The position numbers and the translations under genes were made by a program. The notes beneath the pieces were generated by a model. That model had not been told where the DNA came from. It did no database searches and worked only from the letters and a program-made list of their open reading frames with translations. A stretch of DNA of 64,000 bases from Paraspadella gotoi (taxonomy: Eukaryota > Animalia > Chaetognatha), in NCBI GenBank assembly GCA_051294375.1, contig CM119271.1:3682610-3746609 (forward strand). Reading direction: 5' to 3'. Positions 13,957 to 27,597 of the stretch are shown piece by piece. The stretch's first letter is position 1. Every line of letters begins with the position of its first letter.

Positions 13957-14030
13957 TTTTTAGTTGCGACGCGAGTACTCGCGGAGCGACTTACTAAGTC
14001 GCTTTTCGGTCGGTCGGTCTGTCTTACTAT
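13957..14030 (+). mobile_element. 5' fragment of a Helentron-associated (DINE-1/HINE-like) element
   Basis: TTTTTAGTTGC-palindrome CGCGAGTACTCGCG followed by (GGTC/GTCT)n, the same head as 20708-21060. A smaller fragment lies at 14487-14513. Confidence 0.6.
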
Positions 14031-15344
14031 TATACCGCCACGTGATTGTACAAAAAGTAATTGCATAACTCGAAATACTAATCAGTTTAATTATTACTTT
14101 CAAAACTGGCAAAAAATCAATGAATTTACTTTTTAAAACTATATTTTATGCTTTTTTAATCTGTAATTATGTAACCTTGTGGAAATGAAGTTACATGATT
14201 GGTATAGTTTTTGTATTACTTTATTATTCAAATTATTGCTTAAAATTCCTATTATATATATTTTATACTTATTTTATCATGTAATTTTAAATATAAAATA
14301 CGTCCATGAATAAAAGTTACTACAGCGCAACACCTTTAACTTTCTAGGAGTTTTTTTTTTCAGTTTGTCTTTCCTTTTTATATTCTCGGATTATTTTATT
14401 GCTTCTTGTCAACTTACCCTCCTTACCTCTTACTTTTCCTTTTCTACCTTTCCTCCCCCTTTTCTTACCTTTATTGCCCTTCCATTCGCGAGTACTCGCG
14501 GAGCAACTCTATGTATTGAATGTTATAACTCGCAATTCAATTTTTTCATCTCACTCAATATTTTTTTGCTCTGAATTGTATTTTACCGGTCTTTTACCTT
14601 TTATCTTTTATCTTTTATTTGACTGTTGACCATTTTTACCGGTCTTTTGTTTGGCCGTCGTCGATGAGAGAGAGAAAATAGTTATGACATTTTTTCACTA
14701 AGAAACACGTTGTCAGAACTAATAACAGTTTTACGAGACTCTTTTATGGACATCATCGTGAAAAATAAACGTTTGAATATATCTCCTGGTATAAAAATAC
14801 AGGCTAAGAAAGTCGCTGTGGCGCAACACATTGGACGGACCCGATCTAGTTTCCTCCTTTTTTTAACTCTTTTCCGGCTTGATCTTCTTTATCACCAATT
14901 CCCTCGTCTTAACCATTGCATCCCCATTTCCCTGAATCTACCCCCCCCTCCCCTACTCACCCCCTCTTCGATGATAAACAACAAACTTTGCCGATATTCG
15001 CGTTGCTCCGCTAATCTCATAACTAATGATTTTCCCGTCAGATATGATGTTCTCGTCTGGGAAATAATGATGTTAGCGATTTATATTGATTGCTGAATAA
15101 TAATCGCATGATTGAATGATTAATATGAGAGGGAGAAGAGAGAGAAAGAGAGAGAGGGAGAGAGTTTTTACAATTGCGACGATTTATAGCGGCCATTTAC
15201 TAAAAAAAAAAATGCTAGCTAGGAAGATGTTAACCAACCTTTCTGCTTGCTTAGCAAAAGAGACAAGAAAGAAAAGAAAATAAATGGAGAGGAAAAAAAA
15301 TTTTAAAAAATCGTTTTCTTTTTATTGCGCATCTAGACAGAAAG

Positions 15345-15378
<34 letters not shown>

Positions 15379-17442
15379 AGTAAACTTGTAATTCATTTTC
15401 ATAGAGCGTTCTTCGTCTTGATGGATTATATATCGAGTTCCAAAGTTGATTTTCTACTGATATTTTCATTTCTACGATTTGGAGCTAATATTTAAAAAAA
15501 AATTGAATTACTTAACTTACTGTGATAAGCCGAAAAAGTCAAATCTACTGTAAATATTCTATAAACAAGTTAGTTCTTAATGTTTTAACTTCTTTATTAT
15601 TTCTAAACTCTTTACATAATTGCAAATCAAAAATATGCTCGAGTTAAATAAATATTTACTGTAATTTAAAATTAAAAAAAAAAAAACAAAAAAAAATCGT
15701 TTAAAGCAGTCACTTTCTTTCCATTTTTTTTCGGGTTATGCCCAATTCTCTTTCTCTCGAGTTAACAGAGAAATATAGATAGTGAAAATGCCGTGATTGG
15801 CTAAGGAAACGAACCAATCACGGAAGGCCGTCTGGCTGGCGTCGTCTGACGTGGACATGGAGAAACAATCAGAGACTGAAATTGAGAGATGGATGAAGAG
15901 GAAGAGAGAGAAGAGAGAGAGAGAGAGAGAGTGAGAGACCACGGATTGTTTGTTTACACTAAACTTTGAGTTTGAGACTCGAATCCGGGAAATTCTTTTG
16001 AGAAAATGAACCGGGGCTGGGGAGAGAGGGAAATTGGGTAAGTTTGGATAAGGGGATGATCAATTTGATCATCGGGTATGGACTAAAAGGAAATGACGAA
16101 ATGGTAAGACATTCAGTCACGCAGTCAGTGGGAATGATTCGCCTGAAGATATTTTTAACCGGGATCTTAGTCTGACAGCGATCTTTGTTATTGGTTAAGC
16201 CTAAGGAAGGGGAATGTAGTATAATGTCCGTCTCTCTCTGTCTCCCTTCCATTAACTCCCTCTCACCCTTTCTTCCTCTTCTCATACATTAGCCGAAGAT
16301 TGAAAAAAAAAATATATGAATTTTTTTTTCCACAGCTGAGACTTTTTGGAATGCGGTGGGCGAGGGATCGGAATCGGAAGATATTTCGGGGATCGCCGGG
16401 TTCGCCATTCATATTATAGGGGGTTAGGGTGATTTAATTCGTCAATAATTTCAGATGAAGCCTTAGGACGTGGGTAATTAACTGGAATTCCCGACATCTA
16501 AAGCTAAACGTAAAAAGAATTGTAAATCAAGATTTAAGTTCTAAGTCGTGACCGAGGCTGAGGACAGCTCGCGAAAGTGGAGCGCGAGTAGCAGAGACGA
16601 GTCTCAATCTAGACCGATCTAGCGCCGAGATCTAGAACAATTTTGACAAAAACGTTGAATAAAATGCGTAAACACGTCGCAGTTTTAAATTATTTGTTAC
16701 ATTTTAAAAAAAAATTATTCCGATACACTTTTACAACTAATCTAATACGGTTTCGTTTCAGATTAGATAAATTACAAATACAGTTTCGACGCTAACTAAT
16801 ACAGTTTGGAGAACTTCGGTACAGTTTTACAGTTTTACAAAATACAGTTTCAACGACAAAAAAAGCGTTCTTCGATTTTCGCCCAGGAAAAAAAAAAACA
16901 AACTTGCACTTGCGTAAATATGATTTTTTTCGTTTTTTCACTTTCTCGTCACCCGATCATTTATCTGTATTTTTTTTTTGGGGGCGGGGGGCGACATCTG
17001 CTCTTTTTTGTTTATTTGATACACGAATTTAGATAAAAGAGCAACGAACTTTTGGTTGGTTTCAGCTGTATGATTGGAGATTGGTGTGAGGACGTAGTTC
17101 AAGTCGAACCGAATCTGAATATCGAACTCTATTTAAAAAAAAAAATATCAGGCGGAGAGAGAGGGTAAGGAGAGATAGAGATGGAGTGGGGGAGCATTGA
17201 ATGTACTGAAGACAGAGGTGGAGCAGAGGATAGGAGCAGAGAGGAGTGGAAAAGAAGGTGGAGCGAAACATCTCCTCCCCCACTGGTGCGCGACATCGAT
17301 TTTTCATTAGAGCCTCGTGGCTAAAATGAAAAGGACCTTTTTTTTTTTTTTGCGCCCTCGACCAAATTTTACAACGGAACCTATTCCTTTCGCAATTCTT
17401 TCTTTTGTTCTCTCTCTCTCTCTTCTCTCTCTTTCCTTCTCT

Positions 17443-17531
<89 letters not shown>

Positions 17532-17716
17532 TCTAGTCATTTCTAAATTAATTGACTAATATCAACTTTCAAATAAAATAATCCGCAACGTTTTAATACA
17601 ATCAAGATAATAATTACCGCCACGAAACCATTAACCAAGCATTCGATTTACAATAAACCCAACTCCAACCCTTAAAAACCTCACCCCCGAAATAAGAAAT
17701 GAAAATTCAAACTTAC

Positions 17717-19423
17717 CAGACACTCGTCGCAGGTTTCCTTGGTTCCCTTGTCCCACCTCGCCGCCGCTCCTTCCTCCTCCTCCTCTTCCTCCTCCTCCTC
17801 CTCATCCCTCCTCGCCACGTTGTAGTCCGTACCGCAGTCGTACCTCCTCAGCAACGCCTCGAAGGCCCGGGTTCGATTCCCGACGACGTAATCCATTTTC
17901 TCCAGGACCTCCGCGCGCAGGCAGCGGCGGCACTCGTCCAGCGTCGCGTCGCCCTCCAGCACGTGGCTGCAGTTGTCCATCCCGCTCAACACGTTGGCGA
18001 CTCTGTAGAGCGGGCACTGGCGCAGGAAGAGGTTGGGAAAGCGGAAGGCGGCGCGGGCGTCGCGCCCGACGCCGCCCTTGCGTCCGGCGGCGGCGGCTTC
18101 GGCGACGCCGCGGCAGACGGTCTCCACGCTCCGGTCGTCCAGCTCAAGGCACCGTTGATCCCGGGACCCCGCGTCGTCGTCGGGCGCGGCGGCGGCGGCG
18201 GCGGCGCCGCCGCAGTCCGGCCCCGCGGAGTAGGAAAAGGCTGGCGCCGCCGTCCAACCGGAGCTGCAGTTGGCGCGTCGACGCCCGTGGGCGAAAGACG
18301 AGGAGGAAGAGGACGAAGGGATGGAAGGACGATGTCGTTTGTCGAGGGACTCGTTCTCCGTCTTGTCGACGCCTCCGGATTTGAAGGAGGAAGAGGAAGA
18401 GGAGAAGGAGGGTTTGGAGGACGAGGCGGGAGACGCCAGGAGTAGGAAGAGGAGGAGGAGGCTCCACTTAGAGAGGCTCGTCGACGACGACGAAGTTGAC
18501 GAGGGAGTTCGTCGTCGACAACGCCGAGTTGGAATAGATTCTCGCGGTGGACGACGCCTCGGAGCGATCGGCGGAGCGAGCGCCCGGTAAGACGTAGACC
18601 GGCGTCCTTCCGGCGTTCGCGACCACGCCGGTTGACCTAGAACGCCGCGTCGACGGCGCCGACGACGACGAGGTCCCGAGTGGCGCCATCTTCGTCCGCG
18701 CGACGCCGCTGGCCAAAACGCGGCGTCGGTACGAAGCGCTTGAGTTATTCTCCCAGTACATTCCAAGAACGAAGGCGACGACGACGAAGGCGACGACGAT
18801 GACGGCGACGATGAATCCGCGCCGGGAAGACGAAAGACGACGGCGACGAACGCGCGACGCCAAAGATCGAACGTCCGTGTCCTTAAAGTCCGAGGCGGGG
18901 GCGTTGGCGGCGGCGCCGACCAAAGCCGGCGCGGCCACGCCTCCCTCCGCGTTTTCGACGGGGTCGTCCAGAGCGGGTGGAAGGCGACGTCGCCGGTCCA
19001 AGCGGCGCGATTGAGGAGGGACGCCGCGTCGGCGCCGCCGACGCCGCCGGTGCAGGGGGAATCACATCCGATATGCTTAAGAATGGAGTCGGGGGACCAA
19101 AGGGAAGGAGCGGGAGAACGAGGACGGTTCGGCGGTTTTTCGCCGCCCGTCCGGACGACGCCGATCGCTCCGCCACGACCCCTCGGCGTCCCGACGGCGG
19201 GGCGGGTCGGCGGCCGAGGCGGTGGTGACGGCGCCGGCAGCGGCCGGAGCCGAGGGCGCCGGATTTCCGGCGTCAACGGATCCCCGTGTAGCACAAAGTC
19301 CAGGACGAGGGTCAGGGAGGCGAGGAAGGAGGAGGAGGAAGAGGGAGGTGACGGAAGTGCCGCCTCTCCCTGTGTCCCTTGAGCCCATGGGAGCCGGTCA
19401 GATGCTCCATGAGAATCAGGGAA
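17717..19423 (-). CDS. Large coding exon of a FAM155/NALF (NLF-1/Mid1-like, NALCN auxiliary subunit) homolog
   Basis: GC-rich open frame of more than 530 codons. It has a hydrophobic segment KWSLLLLFLLLAS and a Cys-rich domain ending ECRRCL...FEALLRRYDC...Y...TCDECL, the pattern I recall for the FAM155 cysteine-rich domain. It stops at a canonical donor CTG|GTAAGT (17716-17711). The start is not defined and downstream exons were not found. Confidence 0.7.
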
Positions 19424-19541
19424 TTAGGGTGAGAGAATAATCTGCGGGGGTTTTTTTTTTTCGGGGGGAGGGGATGGGGGGGGGGTTGTGGAAGAAGATG
19501 AGGGGAAGGGGAGGGGATCGAAGGTGGGGGGTTAGATAGAA

Positions 19542-19968
19542 TTAGGATTAGATAGATAGAATTTAGATTAGATAGAGAGATTAGATAGATAGATTAGATA
19601 AATAGATTAGAAATATAGATTAGATAGATAGATTAGAAATATAGATTAGATAGATAGATTAGATAGATTAGATAGATTAGATAGTTTAGATAGATTAGAT
19701 AGATTAGATAGATTGGAAAGATAGATTAGATAGATTAGAAAGATAGATTAGATAGATTAGAAAGATAGATTAGATAAATAGATATATTAGATAGATAGAT
19801 TAGATTAGATAGATAGATTAGTTAGATAGATTAGATAGATTAAATAGATTAGATAGATTAGATAGATAAATTAGATAGATAGATTAGTTAGATAGATTAG
19901 ATAGATTAAATAGATTAGATAGATTAGATAGATAAATTAGATAGATAGATTAGATAGATTAGATAGAT
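19542..19968. repeat. (TAGA/TTAGA)n compound microsatellite
   Basis: About 430 bp of GATA/GATTA units. Noisier copies lie at 23117-23455 and 47397-47735. Confidence 0.95.
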
Positions 19969-20707
19969 AAAAAGAAAAGACATGATGAAGGGAGCGATGG
20001 AAAAAAGGGAAGAGAAAAATTAATTTTGAGATACCATGGATAAAAAAAAACATCGTTAATTATTCAGATGACGAAACGAAAACAAACTTAATATTTTTAA
20101 AAATTAAATCCGAATCTTGAAGTAAAAAAACGAATTTTTTTTTTGGGTTTGACGATTTTTTTATTTCACGAAAAAAAAGGGGAAATTGTGAACGAAGGTT
20201 CGACGTTTGTGAACGAAAAATATTTTTCTTTCAAACATAAATGAATATTTAATTGGTATATGTGTTGTGCCGCGCGATTGCCGTTCGCGTATTGGATTGT
20301 GGAAAGTTTTAAATTATAGCAACAGCCGGGTTGCCTGTGAGAAACGACAATTTCTCTCTAATTTTTTTCTCCCTACAAGTTCCCGAGCGATCGCTATCCT
20401 TGGAAAAAGAAAAAAAAAAAGAAGTTTTAAGAGCATTTGCTTCGCGCGGTTTTAATTGCGGGCATAAAGTGAAATTCTCACGCGTCCCCCCTCACTCTGC
20501 CCCCCCCAGCCCGCCTCCTACGCCCCCCCTTTCTTGCAACCCTGGAGGAATTTAAATTCGGGCTCAGTACACTTTATATTTCTTTATATTTAAAATTAAC
20601 TGTGTAGCTTCGAGTTAAGAAAGAAGGCGACAAGAAAAAGAAAAGAAAAAAAATATTTGATCCGGTTTTATGGCCCCCGCGTTCGCCATCCGTTCCTTTT
20701 CTCACAA

Positions 20708-21060
20708 TTTTTTAGTTGCGCCGCGAGTACTCGCGGATCAACTCTATAAGACACTTTTCGGTCCGTCGGTCCGTCGGTCCGTCGGTCCGTCGGTCCGTCG
20801 GTCCGTCGGTCCGTCCCACTTACGTTAAAAATTCTTATAATTTGGCTATAATTTTAAGACTGAAAAATCCTCAAATCCTAAAACTATAAAGAATAAAATA
20901 CTGAATTCCGATGCAGCGAATGTCTTTAATACACAGCCCAAGAAAGTTATTGTAGTCATGTCATGTCGCGTCATGTCATGTCACGTCATGTCATGTCACG
21001 AGAAATACACGTGAAAATAAAGTCACTGCGGCGCGACACATGGGATGAACCGGGATTTTT
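20708..21060 (+). mobile_element. Helentron-associated (DINE-1/HINE-like) non-autonomous element
   Basis: T-run, 5' hairpin AGTTGC-CCGCGAGTACTCGCGG-CAACT, (GGTCCGTC)n microsatellite, (CATGT)n tract and T-rich end. Several homologues in the window. Confidence 0.65.
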
Positions 21061-21072
21061 CCTTCTCGATTT

Positions 21073-21407
21073 AAAAAAACAAGAACAGTAATTCAAATGC
21101 GTTGCGCCGCAGTGACTGCCTTATCATGTGTATTTCTCGTGACATGACCTGACATGACATCACACGACGTGACATAAGATGACTACATGACTTTTTTTTA
21201 GCTTTAGGATTTCCTGAAGGCGGCGCTAACAGTCCCTCAGATTTTGAGGTTTTTTTATCTGTCTTAACAAAAGAGCAACCAACTATAGGCAAATTTAATG
21301 CATTTTAATGAAGTAGGACAGACCGACGGACAGACATACCAACCGACGGACCGACCGACAGACAGACCGAAGAGTGACTTATAGAGTTGCTCCGCGATTA
21401 CTCGCGG
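21073..21407 (-). mobile_element. Second HINE-like copy, tail to tail with 20708-21060
   Basis: Reverse complement has the same hairpin head, GTCY repeats and 3' end GCGGCGCAACGCATT...GTTCTTGTTTTTT, matching the single copy at 54810-55070. Confidence 0.65.
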
Positions 21408-21769
21408 ATTGTGATGTTTAAAGTTTCAGATATACGATGGAAGACGGAAAAAAAAAGTCGGACGGTCGTTTCGTTTGAGATTAGCGATCGGAGTATATAT
21501 ATATATATTTTTTTTTTGTATGTAAAATGGTTGTTTGTCTGTTTCTACGGGACGCTGTTTTGCTAGTTTTTTTTTCTGTTTCTGAGTTAATGAGTCAATG
21601 AGTAAGCGTAACAAGCTTCTGATATAAAGTTAATTGCATAATTGTAATCGCTCTAGGCCCAGGCTTTCGATTCTGGGAACGAAAAGGACGAATTATCATC
21701 AGAGANNNNNNNNNNAGCTTCTGATATAAAGAATGAGTTAATTGCATAATTGTAATCGGTCGAGTCCCC

Positions 21770-21826
21770 GAATTATCATCAGAGAATTATCATCAGAGAA
21801 TTATCATCAGAGAATTATCATCAGAG
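21770..21826. repeat. 14-bp tandem repeat GAATTATCATCAGA x4
   Basis: Directly visible; bracketed by GAGTCC and GGACTC. Confidence 0.85.
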
Positions 21827-22032
21827 GACTCCGATCATGAGGGTAAAAGAACGAAAGGGGATCGTTAGGTACTAATAAAGCTAAATAAGAATAAACGTTT
21901 CTTCACCGACGCGCAATTAATTAAATAAAAAAAAAAAAAAAATTGCGTCATCAACGCCGAAGTCGCTTCAGCAGCTGATGTCGTTGGCTGGAGAAGATTC
22001 CATTGATGTTGTACGACGACGACTACGAGAAA

Positions 22033-22072
<40 letters not shown>

Positions 22073-22449
22073 TTGACGTGAAAGCGACGTCAATTGTAAA
22101 AAGAATGTAAAAAATGTAACGACAACGACTACGACAAAGGTAGTGATAATGTAAAAAGACTGTAAGACGAGTAAAAAGCCGACGAAATTGATGTTATGAG
22201 TTACAATGACCGAAAATGTAAAATACGTATAATGATAAAGATACCATCAACTGGGACGAAGAGATGAGTGAAGATGTAAAAAAAAATTGTAAGACAACGC
22301 CTACGACGTTGACGCCAGAGACGTGACGTCAAGAGTAAAATGTATAAAAAACCTGTACTTAAGACGACGACGACGATGACGACGACGACGATGACGACGA
22401 TGACGAAGTCTACCAGGATTGAAATGCGACAACGCGCAAACCACGCGCT

Positions 22450-22480
<31 letters not shown>

Positions 22481-22935
22481 AGAGAGAGAGAGAGAAGAGA
22501 AGAGAGAGGGAGGAAGAGAGAGGAAGAGAGCAGGAGAGAAGAGGAGAGAGAGAGGAGAGAGAGAGAGAGGAGAGAGGAGAAGAGAGAGAGGAGAGAGAGA
22601 AGAGAGAGGAGAGGAGAGAGAGAGAGAGCAGAGAGAGAGAGAAAGAAGATGAGAGTACAATTTATTAAAGCAGAGACTGAAATGCAGCGAAGGTTGATGA
22701 AGTTCCACCCAGGTAGGCGTGACTGAATAAGTACAGTGATTTAGTCACGAATTATGCCCCTTTCTTTCTTGACTCACGTGAAATTAAGGTTGTTTTTTTC
22801 TGGGGATTAAGTGCGAAGATTGAAATAACATATTTTGGGTATGATAGTATTATTTTTTAAATGTAGTATGCATTATAGATATATACTAAAATAATAAAAA
22901 GAATAAAATAAAAATGATAAAAATAAAAAAGTTAA

Positions 22936-22975
<40 letters not shown>

Positions 22976-25900
22976 AGAGAGAGAGAGAGAAGAGACTCAG
23001 ACACGAGTACTGATTGTCTCTTAGGCAAAATGAAACAGACGAAAACGAGGCTCAGAAACGAGAAGAAAATAAGAAGAAAAAGTAAAAAAAANNNNNNNNN
23101 NNNNNNNNNNNNNNNNTAGATTTTAGAATAGGATAGATTAGAAAATATTAGATTAGATAGATAATTAGATTAGATTAGATAGGATTAGAATAGATTAGTA
23201 GATTGGAAAGATAGAATTAGATTAGATTAGAAAGATAGAATTAGATAGATAGATATTATTAGATAGTTAGATTAGATTAGATAGATAGATTAGTTAGATA
23301 GATTAGATTATGATTATTAAATAGATAGAATAGATTTAGATAGATAATTAGATAGATAGAATTAGTTAAGATAGATTAGATAGATTAAATAGAATTAGAA
23401 GAATAGATTAGATAAAGATAAATTAATATAGATAGATTTAGATAGATTAGATAAGAGGATAAAAAGAAAAAAACATGATGAAGGGAGCGATTGTTGGAAA
23501 AAAGGGTAAGAGAAAAATTATTTTGAGATACATGGATAAAAAATAAAAAAAAACATCGTTAATTATTTCAGATGACGAAACGAAAACAAACTTAATATTT
23601 TAAAAATTAAATCCGAATCTTGAAGTTAAAAAACGAATTTTTTTTTTTTTTTGGGTTTGACGATTTTTTTTATTTCACGAAAAAAAAGGGGAAATTGTGA
23701 AACGAAGTGTTCGACGTTTGTGAACGAAAAATATTTTTCTTTCAAAAACATTAAATGAAATATTTAATTGGTATATGTGGTTGTGCCGGCGCGATTTGCC
23801 GTTCGCGTATTGGATTGTGGAAAAGTTTTTAAGATGATAGCAACAGCCGGGTTGCCTACTGGAGACGACAAATTTCTCAATCTAATTTTTTTCTCCCTAC
23901 AAGTTCTGCCGAGCGGATCGCTATCCTTTTGGAAAAGAAAAAAAAAAGAAGCAGAGGAAGTTTTAAGAGCATTTGCTTCGCTGCGGGTTTATGCGGGCAT
24001 AAGTTGAAATTCTCACGCGTCCCCCCTCACTCTGCCCCCCCCCAGCCCGCCTCCTACGCCCCCCCCTTATCTTGCAACCCTGGAGGCATTTAAATTCGGG
24101 CTCAGTACCCTTTATATTCTTTATATTTTAAAATTAACTGTGTCGCTTCGAGTTTAAGAAAGATAGGCGACAAGGAAGGCGACAAGAAAAAGAAAAGAAG
24201 GAAAAAAAATATTGATCCGGTTTTATGCCCCCGCGTTCGCCATCCGTCCTTTTCTCACAATTTTTTTTTTTTTAGTTGAGGCCAAGTGCGCCGCGGGTAC
24301 TCGCGGATCAACCTCTATAAGACACTTTTCGGCGTCTGTTCGGTCCGTCGGTCCGTCGGTCCGTCCGTCCGTCGGTCCGTCCCACTTACGTAAAAATTCT
24401 TATTAACTTGGCTATAATTTTAAGACTGAAAAATCCTCAAATCCTAAAACTATAAAGAATTAAAATACTGAATTCCGGATGCAGGAAGTCTTTAATTACA
24501 CAGCCCAAGGAAGTTATGTAGTCATGTCATGTCGCGTCATCATGTCACGTCATGTCATGTCACGAGAAATTACACGGAAAAAGTAAAGTCACTGCGCGCC
24601 AACACATGGGTAAAATGAACCGTGGATTTCATTCTCGATTTAAAAAAACAAGAACAGTATAATTCAAATGCGTTTGCCGCCCGCAGTGACTGACCTTATC
24701 ATGTGTATTTCTGTGACATGACCTGACATGAATCACACGACGTGACATAAGATGACTACATGACTTTTTTTTAGCTTTAGGATTTTCCTGAAGGCGGCGG
24801 GCTAACAGTTCCTTCACAGATTTGAGGTTTTCTGTCTTTAACAAAAGAAGCAACCAACTTCTAGGCAAATTTATGCATTTTCATTTTAATGTAGTAGGAC
24901 AGACCGACGGAACAGAACATTACCACCGACGGAGCCGACCGACAACGACCGAAGAAAAGAGTGAACTTATAGAGTTGCTCCGCGATTACTTCGCGGATTG
25001 TATGTTTTTTTAAAGTTTCAGATATAGATGGAAGACGGAAAAAAAAAAGTCGGACGGTCGTCCGTTTTCGTTAGAGATTGCGATCGGAAGTATAGTATAA
25101 TATATATATATTTTTTGTATGTAAAAATGGATGTTGTTTATCTGTTCTTTTTATTCTAATGTTTCTAACGGGAACTCCTTTTTTGCTTCGCTAAGTTTTT
25201 TTTTTTTTTTTCTGATTTCTGAAGGTTAAGAGTCAAATGAGTAAGTGTAACAGCTTCTGCTGATGATTTATAAAGAATGAGTAAGCATAATTGTAATCGT
25301 TCGAGTCCCCGAATTATCTCAGGAAGATTATCATCAGAGAAATTTTCATAGAGAATTATCATATAGAGGACTCCGATCATCGAGGGGTAACAAGAAACGA
25401 AGGAACGAAAGGGTCGTTAGGGGTACTAATATAAATAAAGCTAATAAGAATAAACGTTTCTTCACCGACGCGCAATTAATTAAATAAAAAAAAAAAAAAA
25501 ATAATTGCGCAGCGCCCGTCATCAACGCCGAAATGTCGCTCCAGCAAGCTGATTGTCCGTTGGCTGGAGAAGATTCCATTGACTGTTGTACGACGAACGA
25601 CTACGAGAAAGACTCGACGACGACGACGACGAACGACGACGACGACGCAGCCCGTTGACTGGGAAAGCGACGTCAATTGTTTATAAAAGAATGTGTAAAA
25701 AAAATGTTAAGGACAACCCAACGGACTACGACAAGGCTTATCAGTATAAATGAAAAGAACTGTAAGACGAGTAGGTTAAAAAAGCCGACGAAATTTGATG
25801 TTGATGTTATGAGTCAATACCGAAATATATGTAAATACGTATTATGATAGATGATACATCAACTGCGGACGAAGAGATGAGTGAAGATGTAAAAAAAAAA

Positions 25901-26175
25901 ATTGTAAGACAACACGCTACGACGTTGACGCCAGAAGAGATGCGTGACGTCAAGAGTAAAATGGTATAAAAAAACCTGTGTGTAACTTAAGACGACCGAC
26001 GACGGATGACCGACGAACGACGATGTAACGACGTGACGAAGTTCCCAGGGGATTTGAAATTGCGGACAACGCGAATCCTGCAAACCACGCGCTGAGAGAG
26101 AGAGAGAGAAGAGAAGAGAGAGGGAGGAAGAGACGAGGAAGAGAGCAGGAGAGGATAGATGGGGAGAGAGAGAGG

Positions 26176-26216
<41 letters not shown>

Positions 26217-26616
26217 AGAGAGAGAGAGAGCGAGAGGAGAGAGAGAGAGAGAGAGAGATGATAGATGAGAGAGAGGAATGAGAAGGAAAGAGAGATGAGA
26301 GTACAATTTTATTAAAGCAGAGACTGAAATGCAGCGAAGGTGATGGAAGTTCCACCCAGGTAGGCGTGACTGAATAAGTACCAGTGATTTAGTCACGAAT
26401 TATTGCCCCTTTCTTTTCTTGACTCACGTTGAAATTAAGGTTGTTTTTTTCTGGGATTAAGTTGCGAAGATTGGAAATACATATTTTTGGGTATGATAGT
26501 ATTATTTTTTAAATTGTAGGTATGCATTATAGATATTTATTACTAAAATAATAAAAGAATAAAATAAAATTGATAAAAAATAAAAGTTAGAAGACCAGAG
26601 AGTAGAGAGAGAGAGA

Positions 26617-26652
<36 letters not shown>

Positions 26653-26707
26653 AGAGAGAGAAAGATAGAGAAGAGAACTCAGGACACGAGTACTGTTGTC
26701 CTTTAGG

Positions 26708-27350
26708 TAGAAATTCTAACTTAAATTAAAATTCAATAGGGCGGGGTTCCAAAACTTTTAGTCTTGAAAGTCTACTTTTAAGGTAAAAAAAAGAAATTTT
26801 TTTAAAAAAAGTTCGATTTTTTAATGCTTTATTGTTGCTATTAAAATTACAATTATTACTATATAATGATAAAAAATTTTTTAATCAATCTTAAACTTTT
26901 TTTGATGGATTCTGATAGAGCATAAAAAAGTTAAATAAAAAAATTAAAACTTACAACTTTTCAAATATTTATGTTTTCTTGGTAAAATTAAGAAAAAGTA
27001 ATAAAATTATTAAAAAAGGGATGATGATTGATGATTATAAATAGGTTTTCATATTTTTTCACATACTTATGATCAAATATCGAAAAAAAGAATTAACTTT
27101 GTGCAGACAACTTTTTGCAAGCTACTGAATCTGATCTTAAAAATTAAAAAAATCCAAAAAAAATTTTTAGCCTTTCCTTATTTATTAAATAAATATTAAA
27201 AAATTAATAATATGGAGTATTGGAGTAATATAAAAAAAATTTGTCTATTTCAAATTTTTTTTTAAAAATGTCTTAAATTTTCGTCCTGAGGAGCGCTGCT
27301 TTAATTCAATTTCTTAACCACCTTATTGAGTTAGTCTCCCCCTATTTAGG
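26708..27350 (+). mobile_element. 643-bp AT-rich interspersed repeat segment flanked by TTTAGG direct repeats
   Basis: TTTAGG at 26702-26707 and 27345-27350. The segment is absent from the parallel copy (single TTAGG at 23021-23025). A diverged homolog lies at ~33410-34330. Confidence 0.6.
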
Positions 27351-27557
27351 CAAAATGAAACAGACGAAAACGAGGCTCAGAAAACGAGAGAAATAAAAGA
27401 AAAAGTAAAAAAAAATGAGGAAAAAAAAGAAGCGGGAAAAACTCGGAATGGGCGGCGACGAACGGGGAAAGGAAAAACAAAAGTGCGTCGCTGGAAAAAG
27501 TTAATAGATTTAGTGGGAAACACAAGAGAGGACCTTTTGGCTCCTGAGAGGAGGAGG

Positions 27558-27597
<40 letters not shown>

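Noticed and set aside
15736-15942. TAFRDWFV as FAM155 exon 2 (aligns in register with the expected YKxWLC after CDECL)
   Set aside because: The conserved Cys and downstream Cys pattern are missing, and the Trp codon comes from an inverted repeat CCGTGATTGG/CCAATCACGG. Probably coincidence, though RNA-seq could test it.
18468-19001. Overlapping membrane-protein ORF (GFIVAVIVVAFVVVAFVLG) and antisense ORFs over the FAM155-like exon
   Set aside because: Expected by-products of GC-rich (GTC/GCC)n sequence; no recognisable family.
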